Shown here: in pieces, positions 31,301 to 42,801 of the stretch
Layout: each line of letters starts with the position of its first letter
How positions within the stretch are numbered: position 1 is the stretch's first letter
Source of the DNA: Candidatus Undinarchaeales archaeon
GTDB lineage: Archaea; SpSt-1190; JASMDC01
NCBI GenBank assembly: GCA_030753015.1
Contig: JASMDC010000024.1
Coordinates: forward strand, 1-52,755
Length of the DNA: 52,755 nt
Reading direction: 5' to 3'
Notes under the pieces: model-generated
Seen by the model: only the letters and a program-made list of their open reading frames with translations
What the model was told of the DNA's origin: nothing
Databases searched by the model: none
Program-made: the position numbers and the translations under genes

Positions 31301-31571
31301 CGAGCTTCAGGTCGGCGTACATGTCGGTGTAGAAGGCTATGTAGCGCTCGAACGCCCGCTCGACCTCGCTGATGTATGCGGCGATATTGGTATGGGCGGC
31401 CGGGGGGCAATGGAGGAGGGTTGTGTCCAGGTCCTCGGGCTCACCAGGAACGCTCACGGTACCGGTCTTCACACCGTGGCCGCAGGGCCCGGCAAGGGCT
31501 GGAACGAGGAGGAGCGTGAGGACTAGGGTGATGGTGATCACCGAAGGTCCACGTAGCCGTTCCATTGACAA
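28371..31571 (-). CDS. Large secreted Cys-rich protein with C-terminal beta-sandwich-like domains
   Basis: Signal peptide ending PALA, dozens of Cys, tandem CxxxC helices, Ig/CARDB-like segments (LRVQNLG, VVMRN, IAPG). Confidence 0.7.
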   Translation of the reverse strand: MSMERLRGPSVITITLVLTLLLVPALAGPCGHGVKTGTVSVPGEPEDLDTTLLHCPPAAHTNIAAYISEVERAFERYIAFYTDMYADLKLEHLALIVHCARCEASVGDIGGGGYGVATLGTTSADAGGKALPEGCAGVAASCPSDAFCVDRYRSPTGVHECSLKTIDLRDACLLAENPGMAPCAGAAELALALRFMERNVLERYPIVLERLGVLRGKLEAAMRTGALDGDSAREAQAELDIILDMVLGSAEPVGGMDINAYQQAVSRHVTTLASPVLRDDVTTHHFSRPATMVRLVVDEAKVWRFCKDQGIDECDDVLTRARECCEGFGVEACSATSDGAGGSSRAESAFCTTFKLCKEETYGRQVRDGNVDPWSANLLRLLEVFTRASGRSLFVNETQCLDDTFVRPLPAAPCETHCMDCYRTRRSHCHPQTGTCVCEMGDEWRRTLQRCVPRPRPDVEACCRRLFPTNALGGVKASGDGASCDLAELYGLTYDRCQTATSSTGMCCRLGLREVPVDEGCLVGEDSCLTDCQKMARGDRALVDRCTTACETADISCERECLRRSPDLWKGCIETCATLPLAALKCTLSCRGEDLPELCGRMCRARAPVVEIVPDLLLAGEPAELLVVGEAVTASLRVQNLGITSFSGSAELSLLVLTECRCGECPSDRSCECTCKERRTGTVTTLTIPTMDPGDIKILTTAPLTLGSDQVGSYLRSLINVRDRDGVVVAQAMGPIRAYDHPPEAMIVSARVLADGEPVNRVYPGMSVVGEVRLSSRTAPVKVELAITAGGRFQGTVQTHTLWSEEDGVALKTDPVIVSSEWADLVLGIHATARAASGILFQGPLTVYGTGKDACALPHLTTACRDAATPAGRSYPEAYAEVVLPRLEAVEARFLAGDASVVNVEPGGRVFARVVMRNLARVPFSGNIGLKVIGTGSNLGEAVMATGGELVRGIAPGANITVATMPFRIQEGATYVLQVKAKDEEDLAWADSYIDQSVHPGAKLIGGYEAVEGDRVDILQDIEVGDCALEVRCNGCVPSCELKVDTDACRVDVHHCGCTCSVQQLD

Positions 31572-31680
31572 TCCTCACTCTATGCCCATCTAGTGCCGTG
31601 GAAGTATTATCAAGGTTTCGCCGAGGTCCGACCGAACAGGTCACGCTCTGAACCGTAGTCAGTGTGAAAAAGAAGGGCAG

Positions 31681-31705
31681 GGCCCCCCGGGAGTGCCGGG
31701 GGGCC
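31681..31705 (-). terminator. GC hairpin terminator of the carbamoyltransferase gene
   Basis: ggccccccgg-gagtg-ccggggggcc, followed on the minus strand by ccttctttttc. Confidence 0.65.
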
Positions 31706-31728
31706 TGTTTAACGCCTATCTAACTACC

Positions 31729-32832
31729 TTACTCCTTCTTGCCCATGATGGCCGTCATGAGGGCCTTCTGGGAGTGGAGGCGGTTTCCGGCCTCGTCGAA
31801 GCAGATGGAGTTAGGTCCGTCAATGACCTCGTCGGTGACCTCCTGGCCGCGGTCGGCGGGCAGGCAGTGCATGTACTTGACGTTCTTGTTGGCAAGGTCC
31901 ATCTTACGCTGGTCGCAGATCCAGCCGCGAGCCTGCAGGGCGAGCTTGTTCGCAAGCTCCTTGTCAGGCACGGTGCGGTTGTTCCAAGGGCCCACGAGGG
32001 CGTCCCGCGGCGCCCACGCCTTGGGGTAGACGATATCGGCCCCCTCGAAAGCGGCCTCCATGTCCTCCGTCTCCTCGAAGGAACCGCCGAACATGTCCGC
32101 GTACTCCTTGCAGCGTGCGATGATGGAGTCCTCGAGCTCGAATCCCTTGGGCCGGGCGAACACGACGTCCATTCCCATCATGGTGGTGTGGAGAACGCAG
32201 CTCGTGGGAACGGCCAGTGGCTTGAGACCGCCGGAGAAGGCGTAGCTCATAACGTACTTCTTCTTCTCGTACTTTCCGTTGAGGTGCTCGTCGATGGCCT
32301 GCCAGTCAGCGAGCGCCTGGCATGGGTGGAATATGTCGTCCTCCATGTTGATGAGGGGGACATCCGCCCACCGGGCGAACTCCTGGATGATCTTGTGGCC
32401 CTTTGCGTACTTCCACTCCACGGGATCGCCGTAGATGCGAATGGAGATGGCGTTGCCCATCTCGGAGAGCACACGCCCAACATCGGCGATGCGCTCGGTC
32501 TTGTAGGGTACGTCCTCGCCAGGGAGCGCGGGCTTATAGATGGCCGAGGGATCAAGGAAGTGGGCATGGCCGCCCAGCTGGGTCATTCCTGCCTCGAAGG
32601 AGTTGCGGGTCCTCAGCGAGTCGTTGAAGAACAACATGAAGAGGGTCTGACGGGTCATGTAGTCGTGAGGGACTCCCGCCTTGAACTTCTTCTTCAGATC
32701 CTTTGCAATCTCTATGAGCAGTTTCCAGTCATCTATGGACCAGTCGTCGTTAATGCGCGGATCCTTGTTCTTGCCGAGCATCTCAGGCTCGATCCAGTCT
32801 CGTCCTTCGAAAATACCGACATTGTCTGGCAT
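31729..32832 (-). CDS. Ornithine carbamoyltransferase superfamily member (AOTCase/YgeW-like)
   Basis: FFNDSLRTRNSF, HPCQALAD, MHCLPADRG, EAGNRLH. Confidence 0.85.
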   Translation of the reverse strand: MPDNVGIFEGRDWIEPEMLGKNKDPRINDDWSIDDWKLLIEIAKDLKKKFKAGVPHDYMTRQTLFMLFFNDSLRTRNSFEAGMTQLGGHAHFLDPSAIYKPALPGEDVPYKTERIADVGRVLSEMGNAISIRIYGDPVEWKYAKGHKIIQEFARWADVPLINMEDDIFHPCQALADWQAIDEHLNGKYEKKKYVMSYAFSGGLKPLAVPTSCVLHTTMMGMDVVFARPKGFELEDSIIARCKEYADMFGGSFEETEDMEAAFEGADIVYPKAWAPRDALVGPWNNRTVPDKELANKLALQARGWICDQRKMDLANKNVKYMHCLPADRGQEVTDEVIDGPNSICFDEAGNRLHSQKALMTAIMGKKE

Positions 32833-32919
32833 CTGTAATCACCTTTCGCTAAACCCTTTTGGGCGGGCCTGAGAACTGACCGACATTTTTAAAGGCTTTG
32901 GTGATGGGTGCGGGATTGT

Positions 32920-33645
32920 TCACTCCATGTAGGCCCGGGTGATGACCACGTCCTCCACGGGAACGTCCCCGTGACCCGCCTTTGAGGCAGTGTCCACCGC
33001 AGCGATGGCGTCCACATTATCCATGCCCTCGACCACCTTGCCGAACACAGCGTAGCCGTTACCGTCCGGGCTGGGGTAGTCCAGCATGGCGTTGTCCTTG
33101 TGATTGATGAAGAATTGGCTGCTGGCACTGTCAGGAGCGCTGGTGCGCGCCATCGCGATGGTGCCCCGCTCGTTCTTGAGGCCGTTCTTCCCCTCGTTCT
33201 TGATGGACGCCCGACCAGGCTCTTTGCGCTGCATACCGGGGAGGAAACCACCACCCTGTATCATGAAGTCCGGGATCACGCGGTGGAAGATGAGGCCGTC
33301 GTAAAAGCCATCCTCGACGTACGCGACTATGTTCTTGACGGTGATGGGGGCTTTCTCCTTGTCGAGCTTCACCTTGATCGTGCCCTTGGTGGTCTCCAGG
33401 ACCATGATGCCCTGTGGACCTGCGGGGGCGACGGGTGCAGCAGAGGCCACCGGGGGTCTAATTGGGCCAGTCGTCTCGATCTCGGAGGATTTCTTGGTGG
33501 TGGCTGCGCCTTCCTTTGCCGTTGGTGCGTCCACCGGTCCGACGACCGCCCAGAACACGATGGCGAAGGCCACCATGCCGCATAGGGCAGCAAGCACGTT
33601 GATTGCATCGTCCGTTGGAGTACGTTGAGGAGTGTGTTCCATCAT
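32920..33645 (-). CDS. Cyclophilin-type PPIase with an N-terminal membrane anchor
   Basis: FHRVIPDFMIQGGG, IAMART..SASSQFFIN, YAVFGKV. Confidence 0.93.
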   Translation of the reverse strand: MMEHTPQRTPTDDAINVLAALCGMVAFAIVFWAVVGPVDAPTAKEGAATTKKSSEIETTGPIRPPVASAAPVAPAGPQGIMVLETTKGTIKVKLDKEKAPITVKNIVAYVEDGFYDGLIFHRVIPDFMIQGGGFLPGMQRKEPGRASIKNEGKNGLKNERGTIAMARTSAPDSASSQFFINHKDNAMLDYPSPDGNGYAVFGKVVEGMDNVDAIAAVDTASKAGHGDVPVEDVVITRAYME

Positions 33646-33757
33646 GACCGCCCTTAACCTGAGAGGTTTGATTTAAAAAACTGGCCCTAGGAAAGGACAT
33701 TAACCCGAGGATTTTTATAGCATTACTGTTCCATTATTTGATGCGAGAATAGGTGGT

Positions 33758-34384
33758 ATGTCGATGAAACGCGCTCGTCACACCATTTCCAACGCCAAAG
33801 GTCAGGCTGGACCCATCCTCCTTGTGCTCGGGCTAGTCATCGGCCTCATGGTGGTCTCGTTCGTCGGGAAATATATCAAGGACACTGCTGGCCAAGCCAT
33901 GACAAAGGGCAAGCAGGAGAGCGACCAGCTCCACAAGGTCATCTCTGGCCGTCTTGAGATCACTTCGATCTACCCGACCGTGGACAATCTCAAGAACGGC
34001 TTCTGCGGCGATCCCAACTTGTGCGAGTTGTCAAGCACGAACGTGAACGCCGCCAAGCTCCTGCTCCAGATAAAGAACTCGGGCGACAACACCATCCGCG
34101 CGTCACAGCTTTGGGGGATGAGCCTGTACATCAACGAGGTGCCCCTGGCGAACGCCACGGGCTGGGGCATCACCCAGGGCTTCGATACGCCCTGGAATCC
34201 CAAAGACACCAAGACCATCGCTCTGAACATCGACTGTGGAACGCTCGCCGACCGACCTGACGGTCTCATGAGCATCAGGATCATGCCCTCGGTGGGGAGC
34301 CTCGCCACGGCAGATATCACATGCGAGGCCTGCTGCAAGCGTCAACCTGACTACCATGCCGAGTGCCTGGAGCTCTGTAAGTAG
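33758..34384 (+). CDS. Archaeal type IV pilin/archaellin-like protein
   Basis: Class III signal peptide K-G|Q-A followed by a hydrophobic helix; IKNSG..YINE..WNP Ig-like core; Cys pairs. Confidence 0.75.
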   Translation: MSMKRARHTISNAKGQAGPILLVLGLVIGLMVVSFVGKYIKDTAGQAMTKGKQESDQLHKVISGRLEITSIYPTVDNLKNGFCGDPNLCELSSTNVNAAKLLLQIKNSGDNTIRASQLWGMSLYINEVPLANATGWGITQGFDTPWNPKDTKTIALNIDCGTLADRPDGLMSIRIMPSVGSLATADITCEACCKRQPDYHAECLELCK

Positions 34385-35277
34385 GATTCCGGCCCCTGCA
34401 AAGGCACCTCGAAGGACAGCACTGCCCGTAGGAACTCCTCTCGGCTCGCGCCCCAGTGGAGCACATGACCTTGAGCATCTTCGATGACTGTAGGCCCCGT
34501 GCGTGACGTGCGGCAGCATCGGGTGATGAACGGCCCCTCAGGGTCCGAGAGCCGTTCATGGGGGCAGATGGTCACGGTCCTTACGTCCTTGGCCCCGAGC
34601 GTTTCGAGGATGTCCCTGCCGAGAACGCACCCGAAGGCGAGGGTGTCACCCGAGGGGAGCGAGACGACGGTCTTCCGGTCGCACTGGTCGAAGAAGAGCA
34701 CACGCCGCCCGGGGAGGTCCACCTGGTCCGCTGCAACGGAGCAAGGGAGCACGACCGTGCCCTCGGACGCCCCCAGTGCCTCGTCGGTCAGGTCACGGAG
34801 GTGGAGCTCGAACCGCACAGGGAGCAGGGGCTCCGTCTCTTTGACAAAGCGGATGAGTCGGGTGGGCCCGGGGGGTACGATGTCGTATACATGAATGACC
34901 GAGAGCGAGGTGCGCAGGTCCACGAAAATCACATGGTCCGTACGGCCGAAGAGCACCGTCACGGGGGCGCCCGATCCATCGACGGCAGCCAGCACATGAA
35001 AGGCATCGTGCACCTCCACATCCGCTGTCACGACCGCCGTCTCGTCCCATCCGGCCAGGCATGTCACCCGCTCGACGGGTTGGAGTGTGCCATCGGCACC
35101 AGGTTCACGCACCAGCTGGAACACGCACGCCCGTTCGCGGTCCTCGGTCGTGACGACGACGAAATCGGTGCGGAAGAAGGCCAGGTCGGCGGCGAACCGG
35201 TCAGCCAGCTCGTCCTCAGGTAGGGGACGGGGGACGGTCTTGTGGGCCACATGCTTGCAATGCGTTGGGATGTACAC
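34351..35277 (-). CDS. Conserved archaeal hypothetical, probably metal/Fe-S binding
   Basis: HVYDIVPP, LPC, FGC, ICP, ITRCCR, LHWGA; probable GTG start at 35277. Confidence 0.6.
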   Translation of the reverse strand: MYIPTHCKHVAHKTVPRPLPEDELADRFAADLAFFRTDFVVVTTEDRERACVFQLVREPGADGTLQPVERVTCLAGWDETAVVTADVEVHDAFHVLAAVDGSGAPVTVLFGRTDHVIFVDLRTSLSVIHVYDIVPPGPTRLIRFVKETEPLLPVRFELHLRDLTDEALGASEGTVVLPCSVAADQVDLPGRRVLFFDQCDRKTVVSLPSGDTLAFGCVLGRDILETLGAKDVRTVTICPHERLSDPEGPFITRCCRTSRTGPTVIEDAQGHVLHWGASREEFLRAVLSFEVPLQGPESYLQSSRHSAW

Positions 35278-35383
35278 GGCGTCCACCCCGCCGGGACCGG
35301 CGGATGGTGGTAAAGAAGGGGGAACAGACATAAATCTTGGCCCCTTCGAATTGACCATGGGCCATGCAGGAGGTGACTGAAAA

Positions 35384-36466
35384 GTGGCAGGAGAGCCTGA
35401 GACCGTCGAGGGGTGGATGCACCTCGGGAACGAGGTGAGAGAGCGGGGTGACCTGCGTCGCGCTATCATGTGCTACGTCAAGGCTGTCGAGATGGAACCG
35501 GACAACGTGGAGATCCATAACATCCTCGCTCTGGCCTTCCTCGAGGATGGTGCCATAGATCAGGCCGCCAAGGCGTTCAACAATGTGCTCAAGCTCGATC
35601 CCGAGAACGTGATGGCCCTTACCAACCTCGGCGTCGTGCTCCATCGGATGGGACGGCTAGAGGAGGCCATTGAGGCATTTGCGAAAGCATTGAAGTCGGA
35701 GCCGGGACATGCTGAAGCCCTCAACAACCTCGCGGTCATCATTGCGGACAAGGGCGACGTCGACAAGGCCATCGACATGCTCAAAGGAGCGGTGAAGTCC
35801 GATCCCAAGTACGTCGAGGGCTGGTACAATCTCGCCGTGTTCCTTGAACGTAAGGGAGCTTTGCAGGACGCGGAGCAGGCCGCACGAAAGGCTATCTCAC
35901 TGGACCACGATCATGTCAAGGCACAGTACATCCTCGGTGTCGTGCTCTCCGATATGGGGCGGACCGATCCTGCTATCGAGGCTTTCACCCAGGTGCTCAA
36001 GCAGGCCCCGGAAATGGGGCGGGCGTGGTACAAGCTGGGCATCCTGCAATCGCGCAGAGAACGGCACGAGGAAGCCATTGGGTGCTACGACAGGGCTCTC
36101 AAGTACGATCCGAACGACGCTGACGCCTGGATCAACCTGGGAGCGGCCTACCATCTGAACCACCTCTACGACAAGGCGATCGACTCCTATATCAAGGCGA
36201 TCAACCTCAGGCCCGACCTCCACGAGGCCTGGTTCAACAAGGGCACCGCCTACCTAGCAAAGGGCTATGAGGACAAGGCCATCGAGGACTTCAAGCGGGC
36301 GCTCTCCATCAAGCCCGACTACGTGGATGCCCTGGTCAACCTGGGGGTCGTGCTGCGCAGGCGCGGGGGCATCGACCAGGCACGGGCCCTCTTCCTCAAG
36401 GCCCTTGATATCCAGCCCGAGAACGAGCAGGCCAACCGCAACATCATCGAGCTGGAGGGATCCTGA
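35384..36466 (+). CDS. Tetratricopeptide repeat protein (about 10 TPRs)
   Basis: Repeated A-W/L-x-NLG..A..A..P units across the whole length. Confidence 0.92.
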   Translation: MAGEPETVEGWMHLGNEVRERGDLRRAIMCYVKAVEMEPDNVEIHNILALAFLEDGAIDQAAKAFNNVLKLDPENVMALTNLGVVLHRMGRLEEAIEAFAKALKSEPGHAEALNNLAVIIADKGDVDKAIDMLKGAVKSDPKYVEGWYNLAVFLERKGALQDAEQAARKAISLDHDHVKAQYILGVVLSDMGRTDPAIEAFTQVLKQAPEMGRAWYKLGILQSRRERHEEAIGCYDRALKYDPNDADAWINLGAAYHLNHLYDKAIDSYIKAINLRPDLHEAWFNKGTAYLAKGYEDKAIEDFKRALSIKPDYVDALVNLGVVLRRRGGIDQARALFLKALDIQPENEQANRNIIELEGS

Positions 36467-37131
36467 CCATCGCCAGAGCATACCCCCGGTATGGTGTGGC
36501 CCTCTTGGATATGGACGGTACCCTCATGGACTCGGGGGAAGCCCACTTCGTCTCTTGGAAGGCGGCATTCGAGGCCAACGGCCATCCCTTCACTCGCGAG
36601 CATTGGAACGTCCTGTTCGGAAGGACGGCCAACGACTTCTTCGACCTGGTGATGCCCGGCTCCACTTCCACTGAGCGTGCGGCCGTTCTGGCGGAAAAGA
36701 GTCGCCTATTCCTTGGAGATGCGGTCCGGAGCGTACAGCTCTGCCCGGGTGTCCGTGACCTGTTCGCTGTGTTCGCCGAACAGGGTATCGCGCCATACGT
36801 CGTATCCTCATCCTCCAAGGCCAACGTCGAGGCCATGCTGCATATGCACGGGCTCGACCTGCCCTCGGTGCACGCCGCCGACGTCAAGCACGGAAAACCA
36901 GCTCCGGACATGTTCCTGCTTGCCCTGGAGCGTGCCCGTGACGAGGGTAACGATGGACGTGCTCTCGTACTGGAGGATTCGCTTTCGGGTGTGCGGGCAG
37001 GTGTGGCCGCCGGGCTCGACACCTATGGTGTGCTCACCGGTGGCTTCCCCGAGCAGGAGCTCGTGGCGGCCGGCGCCCGACAGGTGTTCCCGGACGCTGG
37101 CGGCCTCGCTCAGGCCCTCCAGCGCGGATGA
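36463..37131 (+). CDS. HAD-superfamily phosphatase (beta-PGM/CbbY-like)
   Basis: DMDGTLMD, VSS, GKPAPD, EDSLSG; probable CTG start overlapping the TPR stop. Confidence 0.88.
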   Translation: MTIARAYPRYGVALLDMDGTLMDSGEAHFVSWKAAFEANGHPFTREHWNVLFGRTANDFFDLVMPGSTSTERAAVLAEKSRLFLGDAVRSVQLCPGVRDLFAVFAEQGIAPYVVSSSSKANVEAMLHMHGLDLPSVHAADVKHGKPAPDMFLLALERARDEGNDGRALVLEDSLSGVRAGVAAGLDTYGVLTGGFPEQELVAAGARQVFPDAGGLAQALQRG

Positions 37132-37134
37132 GGC

Positions 37135-37947
37135 TCACTCGTCCTCGCCCGTGGTCTCCTCGAGCCGTTCGAAGATTATCCGGCGGCGCCGGGTCAGGAG
37201 CAGGGAGTAGCCCATGGCCACACACCCGATCGCCAGGAGGACCGGACCGATCGGACTGGTCCTGCGAGAGGCACTGACCGGCAACTCCTCGGGGACACCC
37301 CGTTCACTCTTCGACTTTGCGATGGAGGTCCCCTCATCCTCGACGGTCGCTCCTTTATCGACCTCAACGGCCATGTCCTCGTTGGCAGCAGCGGCACGGG
37401 GCGCGGCGACGGCCATCATGGTAGGCGCTGGCGCGGGCATATCGGCATCGGCCATCTCCGGTTCTTGCATTCTCTCGAGCGGTGGGTCTTTTCCAAGGGA
37501 ACCACCAGCAGCTCCGGTCATGACCTGTCCATCCTCGCGCGGTACTTCTTGTACCGATTTGATCCTCACGGGCTCTACCGCCCGGTCCATCGGCATGGCG
37601 CCCTCGAAAGCGGGGCCGAAGGGAGCGATGAGGTTCTGGATCCCTCCGGCCATCACCAGAAAGCCGATGAGGAAGACGACCGAGACATCGCTTATGAAGG
37701 GTAGGAGGATGCGCGAACCTTCATTGGAGAGGGTGTAGAAAACGAACTTCCTACCGGGTTGCTTGTCCTTTTCCACTAATCCGACCCTCTCCAGGACCTG
37801 CAGGTGCTCCTTGACCGTTGTCACATGCTTCCCAAGAGCGCGGGCGAGGTCCGACAGGATGATCCCGTGGTGGTCCTTGAGCGCATGGAGGATGTCCCTC
37901 CGGGTACCGGATGACAGCGCCTTCATCAATGATGCGTCAAGCCTCAT
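37135..37947 (-). CDS. Membrane-anchored ArsR-family winged-helix regulator
   Basis: KALSSGTRRDIL..TTVKEHLQVLERVGLVEK..YTLS, then TM, linker, TM. Confidence 0.85.
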   Translation of the reverse strand: MRLDASLMKALSSGTRRDILHALKDHHGIILSDLARALGKHVTTVKEHLQVLERVGLVEKDKQPGRKFVFYTLSNEGSRILLPFISDVSVVFLIGFLVMAGGIQNLIAPFGPAFEGAMPMDRAVEPVRIKSVQEVPREDGQVMTGAAGGSLGKDPPLERMQEPEMADADMPAPAPTMMAVAAPRAAAANEDMAVEVDKGATVEDEGTSIAKSKSERGVPEELPVSASRRTSPIGPVLLAIGCVAMGYSLLLTRRRRIIFERLEETTGEDE

Positions 37948-37989
37948 CGTCCATATTCACCTCAGTGGGGGGCCGTGGTCGGCCAGGGG

Positions 37990-38187
37990 TCACTCCACGC
38001 CAGTCCCGATCTCGCCAAGGTCTGCTGTGTTGGATATCCTTTTTATCCTTGTACCTAAGGCGGGGGTCGCGACGTCGAGGAGCACGTGACAGGTGAGGAA
38101 GCAACCGTAGGCGAGTGCCGCGTCGTCCGGTACGTCGTTATTGGCCGCAAGGCTCTGAAGGAGCTCGATTGTGGCGTCCATCTCCAT
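37990..38187 (-). CDS. Small hypothetical protein (65 aa), possibly a fragment
   Basis: TATA ttttata just over 20 nt upstream of the ATG; no recognised motif. Confidence 0.4.
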   Translation of the reverse strand: MEMDATIELLQSLAANNDVPDDAALAYGCFLTCHVLLDVATPALGTRIKRISNTADLGEIGTGVE

Positions 38188-38297
38188 AGATATTCCATGT
38201 CTCGGGGAATATAAAAAGCCCCCAAAGTTGGTTTGGTGACCGCCCTAGAAAACGTGTTCACTGGTGAGTGAGGATTTCTACACGATAATTGTCTTAT

Positions 38298-38864
38298 CTA
38301 TTCGGGACCGAGCACCTCGACCTTGATGTCGCTGGGATTCGGATTGCACCAGTGCCGGTCCGGGCACGCCGACAGGCCGACGGTCACATCACGCTCCGCT
38401 CGCAGCACGACGTAATCATCCTTCTCAGCGGTCTTGTGGATCGTGAGCGCCATGTCCTCGTCCACGAACATGAAGAACGTGGTCGTGGGAGGGAGTGATG
38501 CCAGTGAGATGTCCAGGGCGCTGGCGAGCATGTCCCTACAACCGTCGAGCTCGCCCTCGTATATATCCGAGCGGCAGCCAGGGAAGAGCAGGTCATGGGG
38601 TGCCTCTGTATGGTTCTCAATAAGAGTGAGCACAGCCTCGCCGGCACCGTCATAGAGCGCCATGTCCAGGTCCAGAGTGGACACGAGCTTTGGGAAATCG
38701 AACCGTTGAATCCCGTTCAGATCGCGGCTGAGCGACTGGTTGAAGTCCTTGAAGCAGAGGTCGACAACCTGACCGCCCTCGAGTGTAGTGATCCTCAGCC
38801 GCTGACCCTTGGTAAGCTTGAATGCACGGGTAGTTCCGTGCGCCAGGACCACATCCTCTCCCAT
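38298..38864 (-). CDS. DUF1989 (urea carboxylase-associated) protein
   Basis: GQRLRI..GGQVVD, HDLLFPGC, GCRD, FMFV, LSACP. Confidence 0.88.
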   Translation of the reverse strand: MGEDVVLAHGTTRAFKLTKGQRLRITTLEGGQVVDLCFKDFNQSLSRDLNGIQRFDFPKLVSTLDLDMALYDGAGEAVLTLIENHTEAPHDLLFPGCRSDIYEGELDGCRDMLASALDISLASLPPTTTFFMFVDEDMALTIHKTAEKDDYVVLRAERDVTVGLSACPDRHWCNPNPSDIKVEVLGPE

Positions 38865-38964
38865 GGTGGGCACCCCTCGGTTAATATTTTTAAATCCCAC
38901 CTTTCCACAGACAAAAAATAACATTGAAAAACCTATTTCTTCTCCCGAGAACCGGCGAACAGAA

Positions 38965-39617
38965 ATGGGTGACGCGGACGATGAAGATAACATGGCGTGC
39001 GAGACCGGTATGGAACCGGATACCCAGGAAAAAGTTGGACCAAAAATGGTGACACAGGACGGTAAAGCCGACACGCGCATCGAAGACTTGAGGAATACCC
39101 TCGATGAGCATGAGCGCGAGAGCAAGGAACAACTCGACCGGCTCGTTCGTGTCCAAGCCGACTTCGATAACTTCCGCAAGCGTGTCGAACGCGATCGGGA
39201 TGATCTCGCCAAGACCGCAGCCGAGGGCCTTATACTCAGGGTCCTCGAGGTGGTCGACAACCTCGACCGTGCGATCGAGCACATGCGGACTGACGAGCGT
39301 ACGCAGGAGCACACACGCGGTGTGGAGATGATCAAGGACCAGCTGCTGGGCGTGCTCGCCGTCGAAGGCCTTCAGGAGATGGAGTGCCTCGATAAACCCT
39401 TCGATCCCCTCTACCATGAGGCCATAGCTCGTGAGACGATGGACGATGTCGATGCGGAAACGGTCTCGGAGGTGTTCCAGAAGGGTTACACCCTCAAGGG
39501 CAAGGTCATCCGCCATGCCCGCGTCAAGGTCACAGTGCCCGTCGCCAAAAAGGAAGGATCAGGGAAAGAACGCTCAACGACTAATGCTAACGGATCACAG
39601 GAGAACGATAAGGAGGA

Positions 39618-39621
<4 letters not shown>
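38965..39621 (+). CDS. grpE: Nucleotide exchange factor GrpE (start uncertain)
   Basis: [36 protein letters not shown]. Confidence 0.95.
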
Positions 39622-41468
<1,847 letters not shown>

Positions 41469-41511
41469 GTCCGCTCCACCGTGGGGCGGCCTGGGAACCA
41501 TGTGAACGACC

Positions 41512-42741
41512 GTGGCCAAAAAGAACAAGCGGGACTATTACGAGGTGCTGGGCATCCCCCGGTCCGCCTCCAAGGAAGAGATCAAGAAGTCGTTCCGCCA
41601 GCTCGCCCGCAAGCACCACCCTGACGTGAACCCTGATGATCCCGAGGGCGCTACCGAGCGGTTCAAAGAGGTGCGGGAGGCCTACGAGGTGCTCTCCAAC
41701 GAGCAGAAGCGCGTCCGGTACGACAAGTTCGGGCACGCTGGTGTCGGCGGCCGCGGTGGTGCGGGAGGGTTCGACTTCGGCGGGTTCGAGGACATCTTCG
41801 CCGGGTTCGGCGATATCTTCAACGTGGGGGCGTCCGGTAGACGACGACGTCCGACCGGTCCCGTCCGTGGGAACGACCTAAGGTACGACCTGGAGGTCAC
41901 TTTCGAGGACGCCGCGGCCGGGCTCGAGACGACCATCCACGTCCCACGTCACAAGGAGTGCACCACCTGCAACGGTACTGGCGCCAAACCGGGTACCGAG
42001 AAGCGTAGATGCACCCAGTGCAACGGCACGGGTAAGGTGGAGAACCGCCGGCAGGCAGGATTCACGACCTTCGTATCCGTTTCGGCCTGTCCCACCTGCC
42101 GTGGGGCCGGCGAGGTCGTGGACGATCCGTGCACGGAGTGCGGTGGCGACGGCACCGTGCAGGTGAAAGAGACCATCGAGATCAAGATCCCTCCTGGTGT
42201 GGATACGGGTTCGCACCTTCGGGTACCGGGTCGTGGCGAAGTCGGTCATCGCGGAGGGCCCTCCGGCGACCTCTATGTGGTCATCCACATCCGCGCTCAC
42301 GATTTCTTCCAGCGGGACGGCTTCGACATCTACTGTTCGATCCCCATCACCTTCGCACTGGGTTCCCTTGGCGGGGAGACGCGAGTCCCTACTCTCGACG
42401 GGGACGCGATCATCAAGGTCCCGGCCGGGACGCAGAGCGGGCAGGTCTTCTCCATGAAGGGCAAGGGCTTTCCACACATCCGTGGTGGCGGGCGAGGAGA
42501 CCAGTACGTGAAGGTGCGCGTCACTGTGCCCTCAAAGATGTCCCCGACCCAGCGTCGCAAGCTCCGCCAGTTCGCCGCCTCCATGGGATGGGAGGCCGAG
42601 GGGGTCATCTCCGAGGACGGGCTCGATGATGCCGTTCGCGTCGATGCCGAGCTGGCCGATGGCGAGAGGAAGGGTTTCTTCGAACGGGTCTTTGGCGGTT
42701 GGGGCGGCGGTACAGACGAGAGCTCGGACGAAACCTCCTAG
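41512..42741 (+). CDS. dnaJ: Chaperone DnaJ
   Basis: J-domain HPD, G/F region, four CxxCxGxG motifs. Confidence 0.97.
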   Translation: MAKKNKRDYYEVLGIPRSASKEEIKKSFRQLARKHHPDVNPDDPEGATERFKEVREAYEVLSNEQKRVRYDKFGHAGVGGRGGAGGFDFGGFEDIFAGFGDIFNVGASGRRRRPTGPVRGNDLRYDLEVTFEDAAAGLETTIHVPRHKECTTCNGTGAKPGTEKRRCTQCNGTGKVENRRQAGFTTFVSVSACPTCRGAGEVVDDPCTECGGDGTVQVKETIEIKIPPGVDTGSHLRVPGRGEVGHRGGPSGDLYVVIHIRAHDFFQRDGFDIYCSIPITFALGSLGGETRVPTLDGDAIIKVPAGTQSGQVFSMKGKGFPHIRGGGRGDQYVKVRVTVPSKMSPTQRRKLRQFAASMGWEAEGVISEDGLDDAVRVDAELADGERKGFFERVFGGWGGGTDESSDETS

Positions 42742-42801
42742 TTTCCCGCGCGCAGCCCTACCACTGATATTCCGAAGTGTCAGCGTTCCGGAAGTGACGG
42801 A

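Noticed and set aside
28371-31571. Multiheme cytochrome
   Set aside because: No CxxCH motifs despite the many Cys residues
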